From positions 20,659-84,658 of the forward strand of contig JBHLON010000011.1 of the NCBI GenBank assembly GCA_048940445.1: a stretch of 64,000 nucleotides of DNA, given 5' to 3'. Below the pieces are notes generated by a model, which saw only the letters and a program-made list of their open reading frames with translations, was not told the origin of the DNA and ran no database searches. Source of the stretch: Promethearchaeota archaeon. Lineage in GTDB: Archaea > Asgardarchaeota > Lokiarchaeia > Sigyniarchaeales > SOKP01. Shown here one piece after another: positions 52,287 to 62,900 of the stretch. Positions within the stretch are counted from its first letter, which is position 1, and each line of letters starts with the position of its first letter. Made by a program: the position numbers and the translations under genes.

Positions 52287-53042
52287 ATGTCAATGTTTCA
52301 ACCAGCAAGTATGAAAGGAGATTCCCCTACTCCGATTGATGAACGAATTCGAAATAAGTATTTAATTTGCTATGTTCTAATCATAATTGTTAGTTTTTTT
52401 CCTTGTTCTATTTACGAATATCTATACATTAGCCTCTTTTGGAGAAGGGAGTTATTATTGCTATTTTTTTTACTATTACCACTTAATTTTTTTGGTTTGA
52501 TATATTTGCTCCAATTTAGTGCCATTTTGTTTTCATATTTAATTTTAAGAATAGTAAATTTGATTCATTTACCAGAAGAAGGATATTTCAAGAGAGATAT
52601 CTTAGATAAGGATTATTTTTATTGGAATATTAGGAATCTTATTAAAAAGTGGCCCTTATATGTTACTGCTACAAATCCATTTCCTTGGTGTAAGAATAGG
52701 TTTACATTAAGATTCTTTGGTGTAAAAATTGGGAGAAAGACAATCTGTGATAATAGTTGGATCTCATCAGAGTTTGTTACTATTGGTAAAAATGTAATAA
52801 TTGGCATGAATTCAACGATTATTACTTTTGGTATAGAACAAGATAATTTTATTATTAAGAAAATTTTAATTGAAGATGATGTGTTAATTGGAGCTAAATG
52901 TGTACTTTTACCTGGTACATTAATTAAGAAGAATGCTAAGCTTTCAGCGCATTCTTTTACAAATTATGATGATGTTTTGGAAGGAAATGTAATCTATACT
53001 GGACACCCTGCACAAATAAAAAAAAAAGAAAATGATTTCTGA
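52287..53042 (+). CDS. Paralogous membrane hexapeptide-repeat protein
   Basis: 2 TM + FGVKIGRKT...IEDDVLIGAKC...GHPA. Confidence 0.8.
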   Translation: MSMFQPASMKGDSPTPIDERIRNKYLICYVLIIIVSFFPCSIYEYLYISLFWRRELLLLFFLLLPLNFFGLIYLLQFSAILFSYLILRIVNLIHLPEEGYFKRDILDKDYFYWNIRNLIKKWPLYVTATNPFPWCKNRFTLRFFGVKIGRKTICDNSWISSEFVTIGKNVIIGMNSTIITFGIEQDNFIIKKILIEDDVLIGAKCVLLPGTLIKKNAKLSAHSFTNYDDVLEGNVIYTGHPAQIKKKENDF

Positions 53043-54630
53043 AAAAAGTCTTGGAATTGATGCTAAAGAGGAATTGAATAAAAAGAAAAGGTTAGTGATC
53101 GTTTCAGATACACATATAACTCATTGGGAGGGTGCATTCAATCTCCATGCTTTTAATGTAGGAATTAAAAAAGTAAACAAAATACCAGATGTATCTCTCT
53201 TCCTACATTTAGGTGACATTACTCATACTGGCACGTTATTAGAATATGAATATGCTATGGAGCAATTCAAAAAGTTTAATCCTATTTCTAAGAGTCCAAT
53301 GATGATTTTGATTGGAAATCACGATGCGTTAAATGTGGGAGACCTATTATTTGAGGAGATGATTGGTAGGAGGCATTATGAATATGAAGATGATGAATTA
53401 TATGTAATTGGAGTTGACAGTACGAAACCCGATTTACCTGGAGGAATTATTCACCATAATATAATAGAAGCTGTTAGAAATAGACTAATGAAACCGGAGA
53501 GAGAAAATAAATTTAAAATTGTATGTTTCCATCATCAGCTCATTCCAATACCAAATACAGGGAAAGAGCGTTCTGCTATTGATGATTCTGGAGATATGCT
53601 TAAGATGCTATTAGACACTAAAACTGATTTAGTATTAAATGGTCATCGCCATACCTCAAATTTGTATACTGTAAGCAGTAGTGAAAAAGATTTGTTAATA
53701 TTTAATGCAGGAACATTCTGTTGTAATAAAACAAGATATAGAGACTTGTTTTCATATTCAATTATTGATATTGAAGAGAATCATGTAAAATTCAATATAT
53801 TACCAGTGTTGGAAACGAATTCAAAGAAGGTTATCTATCGTGATATTAAGTATTATGCTCCACCAGAGTATGGAAAATTGAAAAAACCAATTTGTAGATT
53901 TATACAAATTTTTAACTCATTAATTTCTGAAGAAAAAGTGTCCGAACCCATCTTTGATTTAGCGATTAAAAAAATTAACAAATTAGATGGAATTGATTTA
54001 GTTATACATACAGGAAATTTAACGAAGAATAGTTATAAAGAAGAATTTTGTCGTGCTAGAGAAATATTAAAACAATTAGATTATCCATATTTGGTTGTTC
54101 CCGGCTATACTGATTCAAAACCTCCTGCGTGGGAATATTGGCATCAATATATAGGTGATGCCAATCCTTTATATGAAAATGAAAAATTGTACTTTCAAGG
54201 AATTAATTCTACTACTCTAGATTCTCCAATTGGTTTTATTGGACGGAAAACATTAAATAAGTTTATCGAAAAAGTTTTATCACTAAGCCATGAGAAAATT
54301 TTTGGAGTTTGTTGTTTTCATAATCTTATTCCTACACCATTAAGCGTTTGGAGAACTGAATTAACTGATTCTGGAGACGTACTTAGGCAATTTGCTCTTT
54401 CACAAATTGATTTAGTATTAAATAGTTCCCCAAGTATTTCATTTAATGTTAAAATTGAAAATACCGTAATTTCAAATGGAGGAAATATTGGCTCTAAATA
54501 TTTTGATCCAGTTTTTATCGAAATAGAAATTTATAAGAGGGGACTAGTGATATTAAAAGAACACAATTTAAGATCTGGGAAAATAAAAATTATTGGAAAC
54601 TATTACATTTCTATCTTAAGAGAAGTTTAA
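53032..54630 (+). CDS. Tandem calcineurin-like metallophosphoesterase (second domain degenerate)
   Basis: SDTH, GDIT, GNHD, GHRH; second domain HTGNL, PGYTD. Confidence 0.88.
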   Translation: MISEKSLGIDAKEELNKKKRLVIVSDTHITHWEGAFNLHAFNVGIKKVNKIPDVSLFLHLGDITHTGTLLEYEYAMEQFKKFNPISKSPMMILIGNHDALNVGDLLFEEMIGRRHYEYEDDELYVIGVDSTKPDLPGGIIHHNIIEAVRNRLMKPERENKFKIVCFHHQLIPIPNTGKERSAIDDSGDMLKMLLDTKTDLVLNGHRHTSNLYTVSSSEKDLLIFNAGTFCCNKTRYRDLFSYSIIDIEENHVKFNILPVLETNSKKVIYRDIKYYAPPEYGKLKKPICRFIQIFNSLISEEKVSEPIFDLAIKKINKLDGIDLVIHTGNLTKNSYKEEFCRAREILKQLDYPYLVVPGYTDSKPPAWEYWHQYIGDANPLYENEKLYFQGINSTTLDSPIGFIGRKTLNKFIEKVLSLSHEKIFGVCCFHNLIPTPLSVWRTELTDSGDVLRQFALSQIDLVLNSSPSISFNVKIENTVISNGGNIGSKYFDPVFIEIEIYKRGLVILKEHNLRSGKIKIIGNYYISILREV

Positions 54631-54667
54631 ATTAAATTTAGCATTTAGAAGGAGACTTTGGAATAAA

Positions 54668-55888
54668 ATGGAGAAAATACAAATTTTACCAGTTTATAAT
54701 GTGGTTTTAATACGTTATGGAGAGGTTTGGTTGAAGTCTCAGAAAGTAAAAATGAGGATGTTACGAATTCTAATAAATAACATTAAAAAAATGTTGAAAA
54801 AAGCAAAGATATCATTTCACAAATATCAAATAAGTAATGATTCTTCTCGTATTCTATTTTTCTTCAAAAATGAGGATATCCCTAATGCCTTAGAAATATT
54901 AAATAACGCTTTTGGTGTTTATTCTTTTAGTGCTGCTTTAAGAACTTCAAATAAAATAGAACATATCTCTCAAAGAGCAATTGAAGTAGGAGACTATATA
55001 TTAAAAGAGAAAGATACATTTGCGATTCGAGTTAAGAGGTCTGGGAAACATGATTATAGTTCCTTGGATGTGGCTAAGATAGTTGGAAAAGCAATTCTTG
55101 ACAATTTTAAGAATCTAAATCTGAAAGTTAACTTAACTTCTCCCAAAAAAGTTATTTTTATAGAAATACGTGATGAGTTTTCTTATATCTTTTCTGATAT
55201 TATCAAAAGCAAGTGGGGGGGTCTACCAATTGAAACTCAGAAAAAAATTTCGGTAATGGACATAGGAAGAGTAAACGATTTAGTTTCTGGATTTCTTTTA
55301 TTGAAGAGAGGATGTATCATATATCCAATTTTATTTGAAATGACGGAAGAACACGAGTTAATAAATATTTGGTTATCGAATTGGAAGGCATTGACTAAAT
55401 ACATACCCTTTAATCATTTTATATTAAAAAAAGTTAACTTAGTAGAAATTTTGAAGATTACTCTCACAAAAATTCAAAATAAAAAATATATTTGCGGAAT
55501 TTGTTCCTTAATGAGGTTTGATATTCTATCAAGGATAATAGAAAATTTGAGCGAGGATTCTGATATTAAAATTAGGGCTATAACGGATGGTGTAAGTTTA
55601 AACAATTCGACTTTTTGTCCTGATCATATCGATTTAGATTCAATAGCTTTAAGTCACTTATTTTCAAATGTTCCTATTTTCACTCCCATTATTGGATTAG
55701 ATTTGGATGAAATTAATGATTTAATTAATAAAATTTCAAAAAATTTAAGATCATTTGATTATTGTAAGCTAAAGCCCAGAGAACAAGAATTCGATTCAAA
55801 AATTGTGAAGGAGTTATATGAATCTTTAAAATTGAATGAATTAATTCAACGAGCTATTCAAAAAGCAGAAGAAATCAGAATTTTATAA
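54668..55888 (+). CDS. ThiI-like THUMP protein with degenerate PP-loop
   Basis: IRYGEVWLKS, THUMP (FAIRVKRSGKHDYSS), GGLP; DIGRVND where SGGxDS expected. Confidence 0.8.
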   Translation: MEKIQILPVYNVVLIRYGEVWLKSQKVKMRMLRILINNIKKMLKKAKISFHKYQISNDSSRILFFFKNEDIPNALEILNNAFGVYSFSAALRTSNKIEHISQRAIEVGDYILKEKDTFAIRVKRSGKHDYSSLDVAKIVGKAILDNFKNLNLKVNLTSPKKVIFIEIRDEFSYIFSDIIKSKWGGLPIETQKKISVMDIGRVNDLVSGFLLLKRGCIIYPILFEMTEEHELINIWLSNWKALTKYIPFNHFILKKVNLVEILKITLTKIQNKKYICGICSLMRFDILSRIIENLSEDSDIKIRAITDGVSLNNSTFCPDHIDLDSIALSHLFSNVPIFTPIIGLDLDEINDLINKISKNLRSFDYCKLKPREQEFDSKIVKELYESLKLNELIQRAIQKAEEIRIL

Positions 55889-55998
55889 AAAAATTACTTT
55901 TTATTAGAAAAAGTCTTAAAAACAAACTAAAGTTTATAAAAGTAGACTAAACTATTAGTAAATAAGAATTTCTTCGTAAAATTGTTAAGAATGGAATT

Positions 55999-56280
55999 AT
56001 GGCTAAAGTTGAATTAAATTTATTGAACATCTTTGCTTTAAAGATTAAAAAAAATTCTATATTATATGAAGGAAAAACTGTTGGGGATGTGATATCCCTG
56101 TTTTTACATGAATATGGAGATAAATTAGATGATAATATAATAAGTAAAAATAAAAAAAAATTAAATCCACTGATGGTAATTCTTCTAAATGGAAGAAATA
56201 TCACATATATGAAAAATTATAAGACAAAATTAACAGATGGAGATAAACTTTATATTTCCTTTCCTATTTCTGGGGGCTAA
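55999..56280 (+). CDS. MoaD/ThiS/SAMP ubiquitin-like protein
   Basis: ILLNGRNI...LTDGD...PISGG C-terminus. Confidence 0.92.
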   Translation: MAKVELNLLNIFALKIKKNSILYEGKTVGDVISLFLHEYGDKLDDNIISKNKKKLNPLMVILLNGRNITYMKNYKTKLTDGDKLYISFPISGG

Positions 56281-56420
56281 ACTTTTTTAATCTGATTTTC
56301 TACTTAATTTAAAAGGCTTAATTCTAAATATTCACATGATAAAAAGTAAGAATTTATTAGTATATTCTATCATTTATATTTTGTAAAATTCTTACAATCT
56401 TGAACACTTGGTGATTTGTT

Positions 56421-57356
56421 ATTACAAAAAAGCTAGGTTTTTTAGGTTTAGATAATGCAGGTAAAACTAGTATCATTACGGCAATTACGAAACGTTTTGG
56501 ATTTGAGGAAGAAGTTTTTAAATTAATGCCAACCCGTAGAGTCGTACGTGATGCATTTAAATTCTTAGGTATTGAATTTATAAGAATGGATTTTGGAGGA
56601 CAAGCTCAATATAGGGAAGAATACTTAAAATATCCTCATAAGTACCTTTCTGGTATGGATTTAATCTTTTATGTCGTTGATGTTCAAGATTATGAGAGAT
56701 ACGTTAAAACTATAGATTACATTGACCAAATTTTACTTTTTTTTAAAGAGGAGCAAGAATATCCTCCTATCTGTGTCTTATTACACAAATTTGATCCACC
56801 TCTTAAAAAAGATAAGGATTTAAATAAAAAAGTCTTACCAATCAAACAAGCCTTGACAAGATATAATCACGATTTTGATATTTTCTTCTTTGAAACTACT
56901 ATTTTTGATATAAAATCAGTAATGGATGCTTTTTCAAGCGGACTTTCATTATTATTTGAAAGATTGGAATTAGTATCTAAACTATTTGCTGAATTAAGTA
57001 AAAATTACAATGCAATCCTTATTGCACTGTTCGATGTTAAAGGAATTACAATAGGGGAATATTATCGCCCTCACCTTCACTTGATTGAAAAAATTAGAAT
57101 ATATGATAAGTATCTTGAAGTACAAAAGAGAATTATAGAAGAAGATAAATCATTATTAGAATTTTCTGATAAATTTGAGAATGGTGATCGCTATACTGGA
57201 ATTGTGGAGGTATTAAAGTTTGATAATTTAGATTTTTATTTACTATTTATACTTGAAGAGGATGAATATAATCTAAAAAAGACCATAGAGATATTAGATA
57301 AAATTGAAGCAGCTAAGCCTCAAATGGAAAATATAATCTTACAAATTATTCAATAA
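56421..57356 (+). CDS. Arf/Rag-like small GTPase with C-terminal roadblock/longin-like domain (ATT start)
   Basis: P-loop GLDNAGKTS lies upstream of the ORF-track ATG; DFGGQ, HKFD, ETTI. Confidence 0.88.
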   Translation: MTKKLGFLGLDNAGKTSIITAITKRFGFEEEVFKLMPTRRVVRDAFKFLGIEFIRMDFGGQAQYREEYLKYPHKYLSGMDLIFYVVDVQDYERYVKTIDYIDQILLFFKEEQEYPPICVLLHKFDPPLKKDKDLNKKVLPIKQALTRYNHDFDIFFFETTIFDIKSVMDAFSSGLSLLFERLELVSKLFAELSKNYNAILIALFDVKGITIGEYYRPHLHLIEKIRIYDKYLEVQKRIIEEDKSLLEFSDKFENGDRYTGIVEVLKFDNLDFYLLFILEEDEYNLKKTIEILDKIEAAKPQMENIILQIIQ

Positions 57357-57358
57357 TA

Positions 57359-58438
57359 TTATTTAAATTGAAAATTTTTTATAAACAATTCTAATTCCTC
57401 TTTAGAAGGAGCCATTTGTCTTGTAATTTTATATATAGCTGTAAATGTAGCAAACTTAATACATGCATTTAAAATGTGCTTTAACTTATTTACATTTTCC
57501 TGTAGCGTTAAATAATTTAATTCCTCTTTATCTTTAACCTGTTCATATAATTTTGCTAAAAACCCAGCAGCATAACAATCTCCTGCCCCAGTTCTGTCAA
57601 TAATTGCTTCTACTTCTATTCCTGGGAAAGTAAGAGTAAATCTATCAGTCTTCACATAGGATCCTTCTTTACCAGCGGTATAAATCCTAATATGGGCAAA
57701 CTTTTGAAATATTTGGTCGACTTCTTCTATACTAGCTTTTTTTTGTATAATCAAATAAGCATCTTTTATATTTAAAAATAGAAGATCTTTTCGATTCGTA
57801 ATAAGGTTTGATAATTGCTCTACATCACGAATTTTTTGTCTTTCTACATTAAAAGCAGTAATCAAACCAAAGTTAGAACCTCTTTCAAAGATATCAAGAA
57901 ATTTTTCAGCAATAGGAGTTGAAAATATTATCTTAGCATTTTTGAGAATCTTATCTTCGATTTTAATTCCATTAAAATTCATTTTATTTTTCAAATTTGG
58001 CGCTAAGTGTATTTTGGTTGTAAATTTTGATTTTATTATCGTACTTACTGGTGTAATTTCATCAATTTGAAAAATTGAGTCTGTATTAACGCCTATATCT
58101 TTTAGTTCTTTAATCATCCATTCACTCCCTCGCCCAATCACACTAACTAAACTAGTTGAAATGCCTAAATTAGCAAGATACTCTGCAGAATTATTACCAT
58201 TTCCCCCTCTCTTAAAATAGCATATTCCCATTACTTTTTTAGGTGTATCAATGATTCCTTTTTTTACGAACTTCTCCACAAGGGTTTTATTCAGATCATC
58301 AGGATTATATCGAATGAGATTCATCAAATTTTTTACGATCTCTTGGACAATTTGTTCGTAAAATTCACTTTCATAGTATAAATCTTGATGTAATTCACCA
58401 ATGATTACAATACTTTTTGTTTCTATTTGATTCACCAT
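57359..58438 (-). CDS. PfkB-family carbohydrate kinase
   Basis: GGNGNN, DRTGAGDCYAAGF. Confidence 0.9.
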   Translation of the reverse strand: MVNQIETKSIVIIGELHQDLYYESEFYEQIVQEIVKNLMNLIRYNPDDLNKTLVEKFVKKGIIDTPKKVMGICYFKRGGNGNNSAEYLANLGISTSLVSVIGRGSEWMIKELKDIGVNTDSIFQIDEITPVSTIIKSKFTTKIHLAPNLKNKMNFNGIKIEDKILKNAKIIFSTPIAEKFLDIFERGSNFGLITAFNVERQKIRDVEQLSNLITNRKDLLFLNIKDAYLIIQKKASIEEVDQIFQKFAHIRIYTAGKEGSYVKTDRFTLTFPGIEVEAIIDRTGAGDCYAAGFLAKLYEQVKDKEELNYLTLQENVNKLKHILNACIKFATFTAIYKITRQMAPSKEELELFIKNFQFK

Positions 58439-58455
58439 TTTTAAGATTATTTAAA

Positions 58456-58556
58456 CGCAGATGGAGGGACTCGAACCCTCGAGCGCTTACGCGCACCGGC
58501 TTTCTTGGTAATTTAACCACTCGAGGCCGGCGTCTTACCAGCTAGGCTACATCTGC
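58456..58556 (-). tRNA. tRNA-Ser(CGA) with 18-nt intron at 37/38 (58502-58519)
   Basis: Acceptor GCAGATG/CATCTGC, G73, anticodon stem CCGGC/GCCGG, anticodon CGA 58523-58521, long variable arm, GGTTCGAGTCC; CCA not encoded. Confidence 0.93.
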
Positions 58557-58715
58557 TTAATTAAATTAAACATTTGAATGGATGAGTTATGGTGAATATA
58601 TTTAATATGAACTAATGAGAAAAAGTATAAATTTCTTTTCTATTAGGGATAAATAAATTAACAAAATTAGTACTACTTAACGAAACGTATAAAAAAAGTT
58701 TATAATTTTTGGCTC

Positions 58716-59015
58716 TTAAGATTTGGGAACATAAATTTTCAGTTTTAACGATGGATCATATAATTCTATTATGCCTTCTTCTTCATATTGTTTTAATAAT
58801 AGCTGGGCTGTGGATTGTCTAATATCATATTTCAGAGCAATATCTGAGGCTAAAATTGTCTTTTTTTTCTGTAATGATTCTTTTATCTCTTTTTCTATTG
58901 AACTAGGTATAAATGCATCTCTTTCTACAACATCAAGCTGTTTTGTTCGTCCATATTTCCTTCTTAAATTTAAAGTTGCTTTTCTTACTAAACTCTTTTC
59001 GTCTTTTTCAGACAA
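58716..59015 (-). CDS. rps25e: Ribosomal protein eS25
   Basis: Basic N-terminus plus wHTH: IALKYDIRQSTAQLLLKQYEEEGII...IYVP. Confidence 0.8.
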   Translation of the reverse strand: MSEKDEKSLVRKATLNLRRKYGRTKQLDVVERDAFIPSSIEKEIKESLQKKKTILASDIALKYDIRQSTAQLLLKQYEEEGIIELYDPSLKLKIYVPKS

Positions 59016-59159
59016 TAATGATCACTTGAGAAATTGTTTCTATATGAAAATTTAGTGCCAATGGAATATGAAATATTTAAAATTTAATAAAATTTTTGTT
59101 TTAATTGTGAATATTTGGTTTTTCCTCATAACATATTAATGTTTTTTAGTGTTTTTGAT

Positions 59160-59801
59160 TTGACTAATAAATTAGTTTTTAATATTAAAAAAGATAGGCC
59201 TGAAGAAGTTTTTAAGAATGTTAGAGATTATTACAGCATTGAAAACATTAAAAAGTATTCCCAATCTAAAAGCATGATGAGAATCCAGGAGAAAATAACA
59301 AGTAGAGCACTAGAATTATTAGATTTAAAATCATTAAAGTTGAGAATCTTAGATGCTGGCTGTGGTCCTGGATTCGCAGCATGGTATTTAAAAGAATATG
59401 GATTTGAAGTTGTAGCGCTTGATATTATCCCTGAATTTTTAAAGTTCTATGAACTAAAGATGTATAATCCTATTACCGCAGATATGTGTTTTCTTCCTTT
59501 TAAACCTGAGAAATTTGATGCCATTGTTTCAATATCGGCTTTACAATGGATATATAAAGATATAAATGATCAAAGGATGGAATTTTTAATAACAGCTCTT
59601 AGTAAGTCGTTTTATGAGATCTTAAAGTTCAATTCCAAGGCTATTTTTCAATTTTACCCAAAAAACAATAAAATTATGGAAAGAATTGGAAAAATCTTTA
59701 TAGATAATACTAATTTTGAAGGAAATTTCATCGTTGATAATCCAAATAATCCTAAAAAAAGAAAAATTTTTCTACTATTAGAAAAGAAATCTACGAAATA
59801 G
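59160..59801 (+). CDS. Bud23/WBSCR22-like SSU rRNA m7G methyltransferase
   Basis: RPEE, KY, IQEKITSRALELL, ILDAGCG, SISALQW, QFYPKN, IVDNPNNPKKRKIFLLL; start taken at TTG 59160. Confidence 0.8.
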   Translation: MTNKLVFNIKKDRPEEVFKNVRDYYSIENIKKYSQSKSMMRIQEKITSRALELLDLKSLKLRILDAGCGPGFAAWYLKEYGFEVVALDIIPEFLKFYELKMYNPITADMCFLPFKPEKFDAIVSISALQWIYKDINDQRMEFLITALSKSFYEILKFNSKAIFQFYPKNNKIMERIGKIFIDNTNFEGNFIVDNPNNPKKRKIFLLLEKKSTK

Positions 59802-59923
59802 TAGATAGTCTTTTTAAATTTTTTATAGAAATCATTATGTTATAACAAAATATTATATTTAGGTTCTTTTATCATTTTTTTAAAAATTTATCTTTAAAAA
59901 ACACACAACGAAATGATCAATCA

Positions 59924-62900
59924 ATGAAAAGTAAAAAGTTACATCGAATTAGATTAAAAGCACTTCTAATTTTATTATTTATTCTTTTAACTGGTGCATA
60001 TTCTGTTTTTTTGATGAATTTTACTGCAAATTCTGTTGATATTAGTGATTCTGATACTCTTTCTAATTATGATCAGGATAACATATTAAACTCTCCCAAA
60101 TCAAATTTATTTGGCAATGCTCCTTGGTGGGATGATAATTTTGAATATAGAATGCTTATTAATGTTACAAACCCCTACTCTCATAATTTCATAGATTTTG
60201 GAACAAGTGTCTCCTTTAATTATATCAATTTGGTTCAAGCAGGTAAACTTCAATCGGATTTAGATGATATAAGAATTATAGAAAATGGTATTATAAGAAA
60301 GTATGTTGTTGTAAAAGATTATCCATCTTCAAATATGGCTACTGTATGGTTCGATACAAATATTTCTGCTAATAAGAAAGAGCTGGACACCTACTTATAC
60401 TTTGGAAATCCTTCTGCTCCAAATGCAGAATCAAAGGATCCATCTGATAGCTTTGGTTGGGTAAAGAATGGTGATTTTGAATTAGATATTAGTAATAATG
60501 ATAAATTTGAACCCTTTGGTTGGTACTTTTCTCATAACCCCGTACAAGTTATATTAGGTAAAAATAATCCCTCTCCTAATGCTTATAATAGTTCTTTAGC
60601 AAGTTATAATAGTTTTGTAAATAAGCTTATATCGAATCCTCTACAGGCTGAGCGAGTTGCTAGTGGGACTTACGCATATAAATGGGGAGCCTCAAGTAAT
60701 ATTCTACCTGATGGAACTGTACATGATTATGCAGGAACTTTTTTCTCTTATCCATTCAAAGTTCCAATTATAGAAGGGGGCCAGATTTTTTTAAAAGCAT
60801 ACCGTAATATTAGAACGTGGAGATTTGAACGACCAAAGAATGTTGGACAAATTAATTTTGATGGTTATTTTGCCCGTATTTTAAACGGTTCAGATTCGAT
60901 ATATAGTGTAAATCCAGACTCCCATTCTGATAATGATATTTATGCACCAAATTATCAGAATTATGCAGAGGCTTTTGATGGAAATGCATATTGGAATAAT
61001 CCTGCAAGAAAATGGATTGAGGATACAACAGTAATGGATTTAGCAACGCATTCAATTATTAATGACACCTATTCTAATATATATCCATCCCCTGATGGAG
61101 ATTTAACGGGTTATATCTATATTAATTTAACAGATTATATGGGAAAAGAGATCTTCTTCGAAATGGGTGCTTGGGGGGATGAATCTGATGTTGTAAATCA
61201 AGAAAAATCTGCATTTTTGCAATTAGATGACGTTGGATTCAATTATGACTTAGTAACTATAATAAACAATGCCCAAAAAAGAACGTCTGATGTTACTATT
61301 ATTGCAAGGGATGCGGATGGTAGATTTGTCCCAAATGCTAAAATTACGATAGTAAATAACTCAGCGAAAGGCACAGAAAATTTTAAAGTTCAGACGGGGT
61401 TTTCTTCTAGCTTGAATGGTTCGGTTACCTTCAAAAATGTTTTAAATGGAGTCTATAATATTACAGCTAATTATACTCTAGGTTCTAAAGAATTTGAGCT
61501 TTATAATAGCACAAAATTCAATAAAATAACCCATAATTTCACGGGGAAACCATATACCGTTGATATAAAATTAAATTTGTGGACAATTGATTTTGAAATT
61601 GTTGACTGGGAGAGATTACCTTTAAAATACGCATATATTAACGTGAGTGATCAAAAAGGAGGTACTGTCTTAAGTAAAATTACGTTGAGTTCTCAAGGAA
61701 AAGCAACTTTTCGGTGGAAATATGCTTCCTATTATTATTATGAGGTCTATTACAATAATGAAGACTATAAAAGTTATCCACTTTTAATAAGCAATGGATA
61801 TATATATCGCTCAGATTATGAGAGTTCAAAGCTACAAACCCATATCATAGACGTAAATGAGGTTAATCAAGCTCCAAGCATTGAAAACCGGTATAATGTT
61901 AGTGAGCGAATTTATACTAATGGCTCAGAGACTTCATTTGGCAATAAAAAAATCATTAATGCAAATATAACGTTAACAAATATGAATGATCAAATTCAAG
62001 ATATTTCTATCTACTATATTGATAAAGACAATTCTACAGGCATAGGCGATGAAAATCTTATATATTTCAATGATGATTATGATTTTGGCGATGATAGTGA
62101 CTTTGTAAGCTTAGATATGATTAAAGTGAATAATCCAAAATTGAATATGGAAAAACATCAAGTTTATGGATTATTCATTGAAGTAAATGGAGTTAATAGC
62201 TCTAAATGTAATGGAGTTATAACTGTTGACTTAATTGAAACATCAAATATCTATAATAGAACACAATTATCTAAATTATACATTCGAGTTATTAGTAAAG
62301 ATATTTCTCCTGAAGGAATGCCTGTTTCCTCCCTGATTAAAGTCAGAGATGACTCTGGGCAACCACTAATAAATTTAACATCCTTCTGGAACAAAAATGG
62401 TTCTGCTTATGCTCCAAAAAATGATTATGAATTACCTTTTTGGTTCTTTATTGGTAGGACATATAATTTCTCAATTAACTATCTAAACTACGTTGATATA
62501 GCATTCAATGTTACTGAGCTTGATCCAGAAACTCAATGGTATCCTGTATCTAATGCAGGAACTACTTATTATAATTATACATTTTATGGCAGCGCTTCAA
62601 TAACGTTTAATTTAATCCTCCCATCAGAGTTAAATACAACACATTATGACACTGCATTCTTTAATGCAACAGGTACTACTGATGTAGTATGGGGAAATAA
62701 TTTGACCTTTTCAGTAAACTTTTACTATACTGAGGATGGAGGTGACTCCTGGGTACCAGTATCTGGTTCGCCGTCATCATGTAGTTTAATTGTAACTGCA
62801 GTGGGTTCAAGCACAGTATTAATTCTTGAAGAATTGAATTTTCTTGGAAATGGAAGTTTTTCAATTACTATTAATTCTAATCGACTATCTGCTGGAGGTT

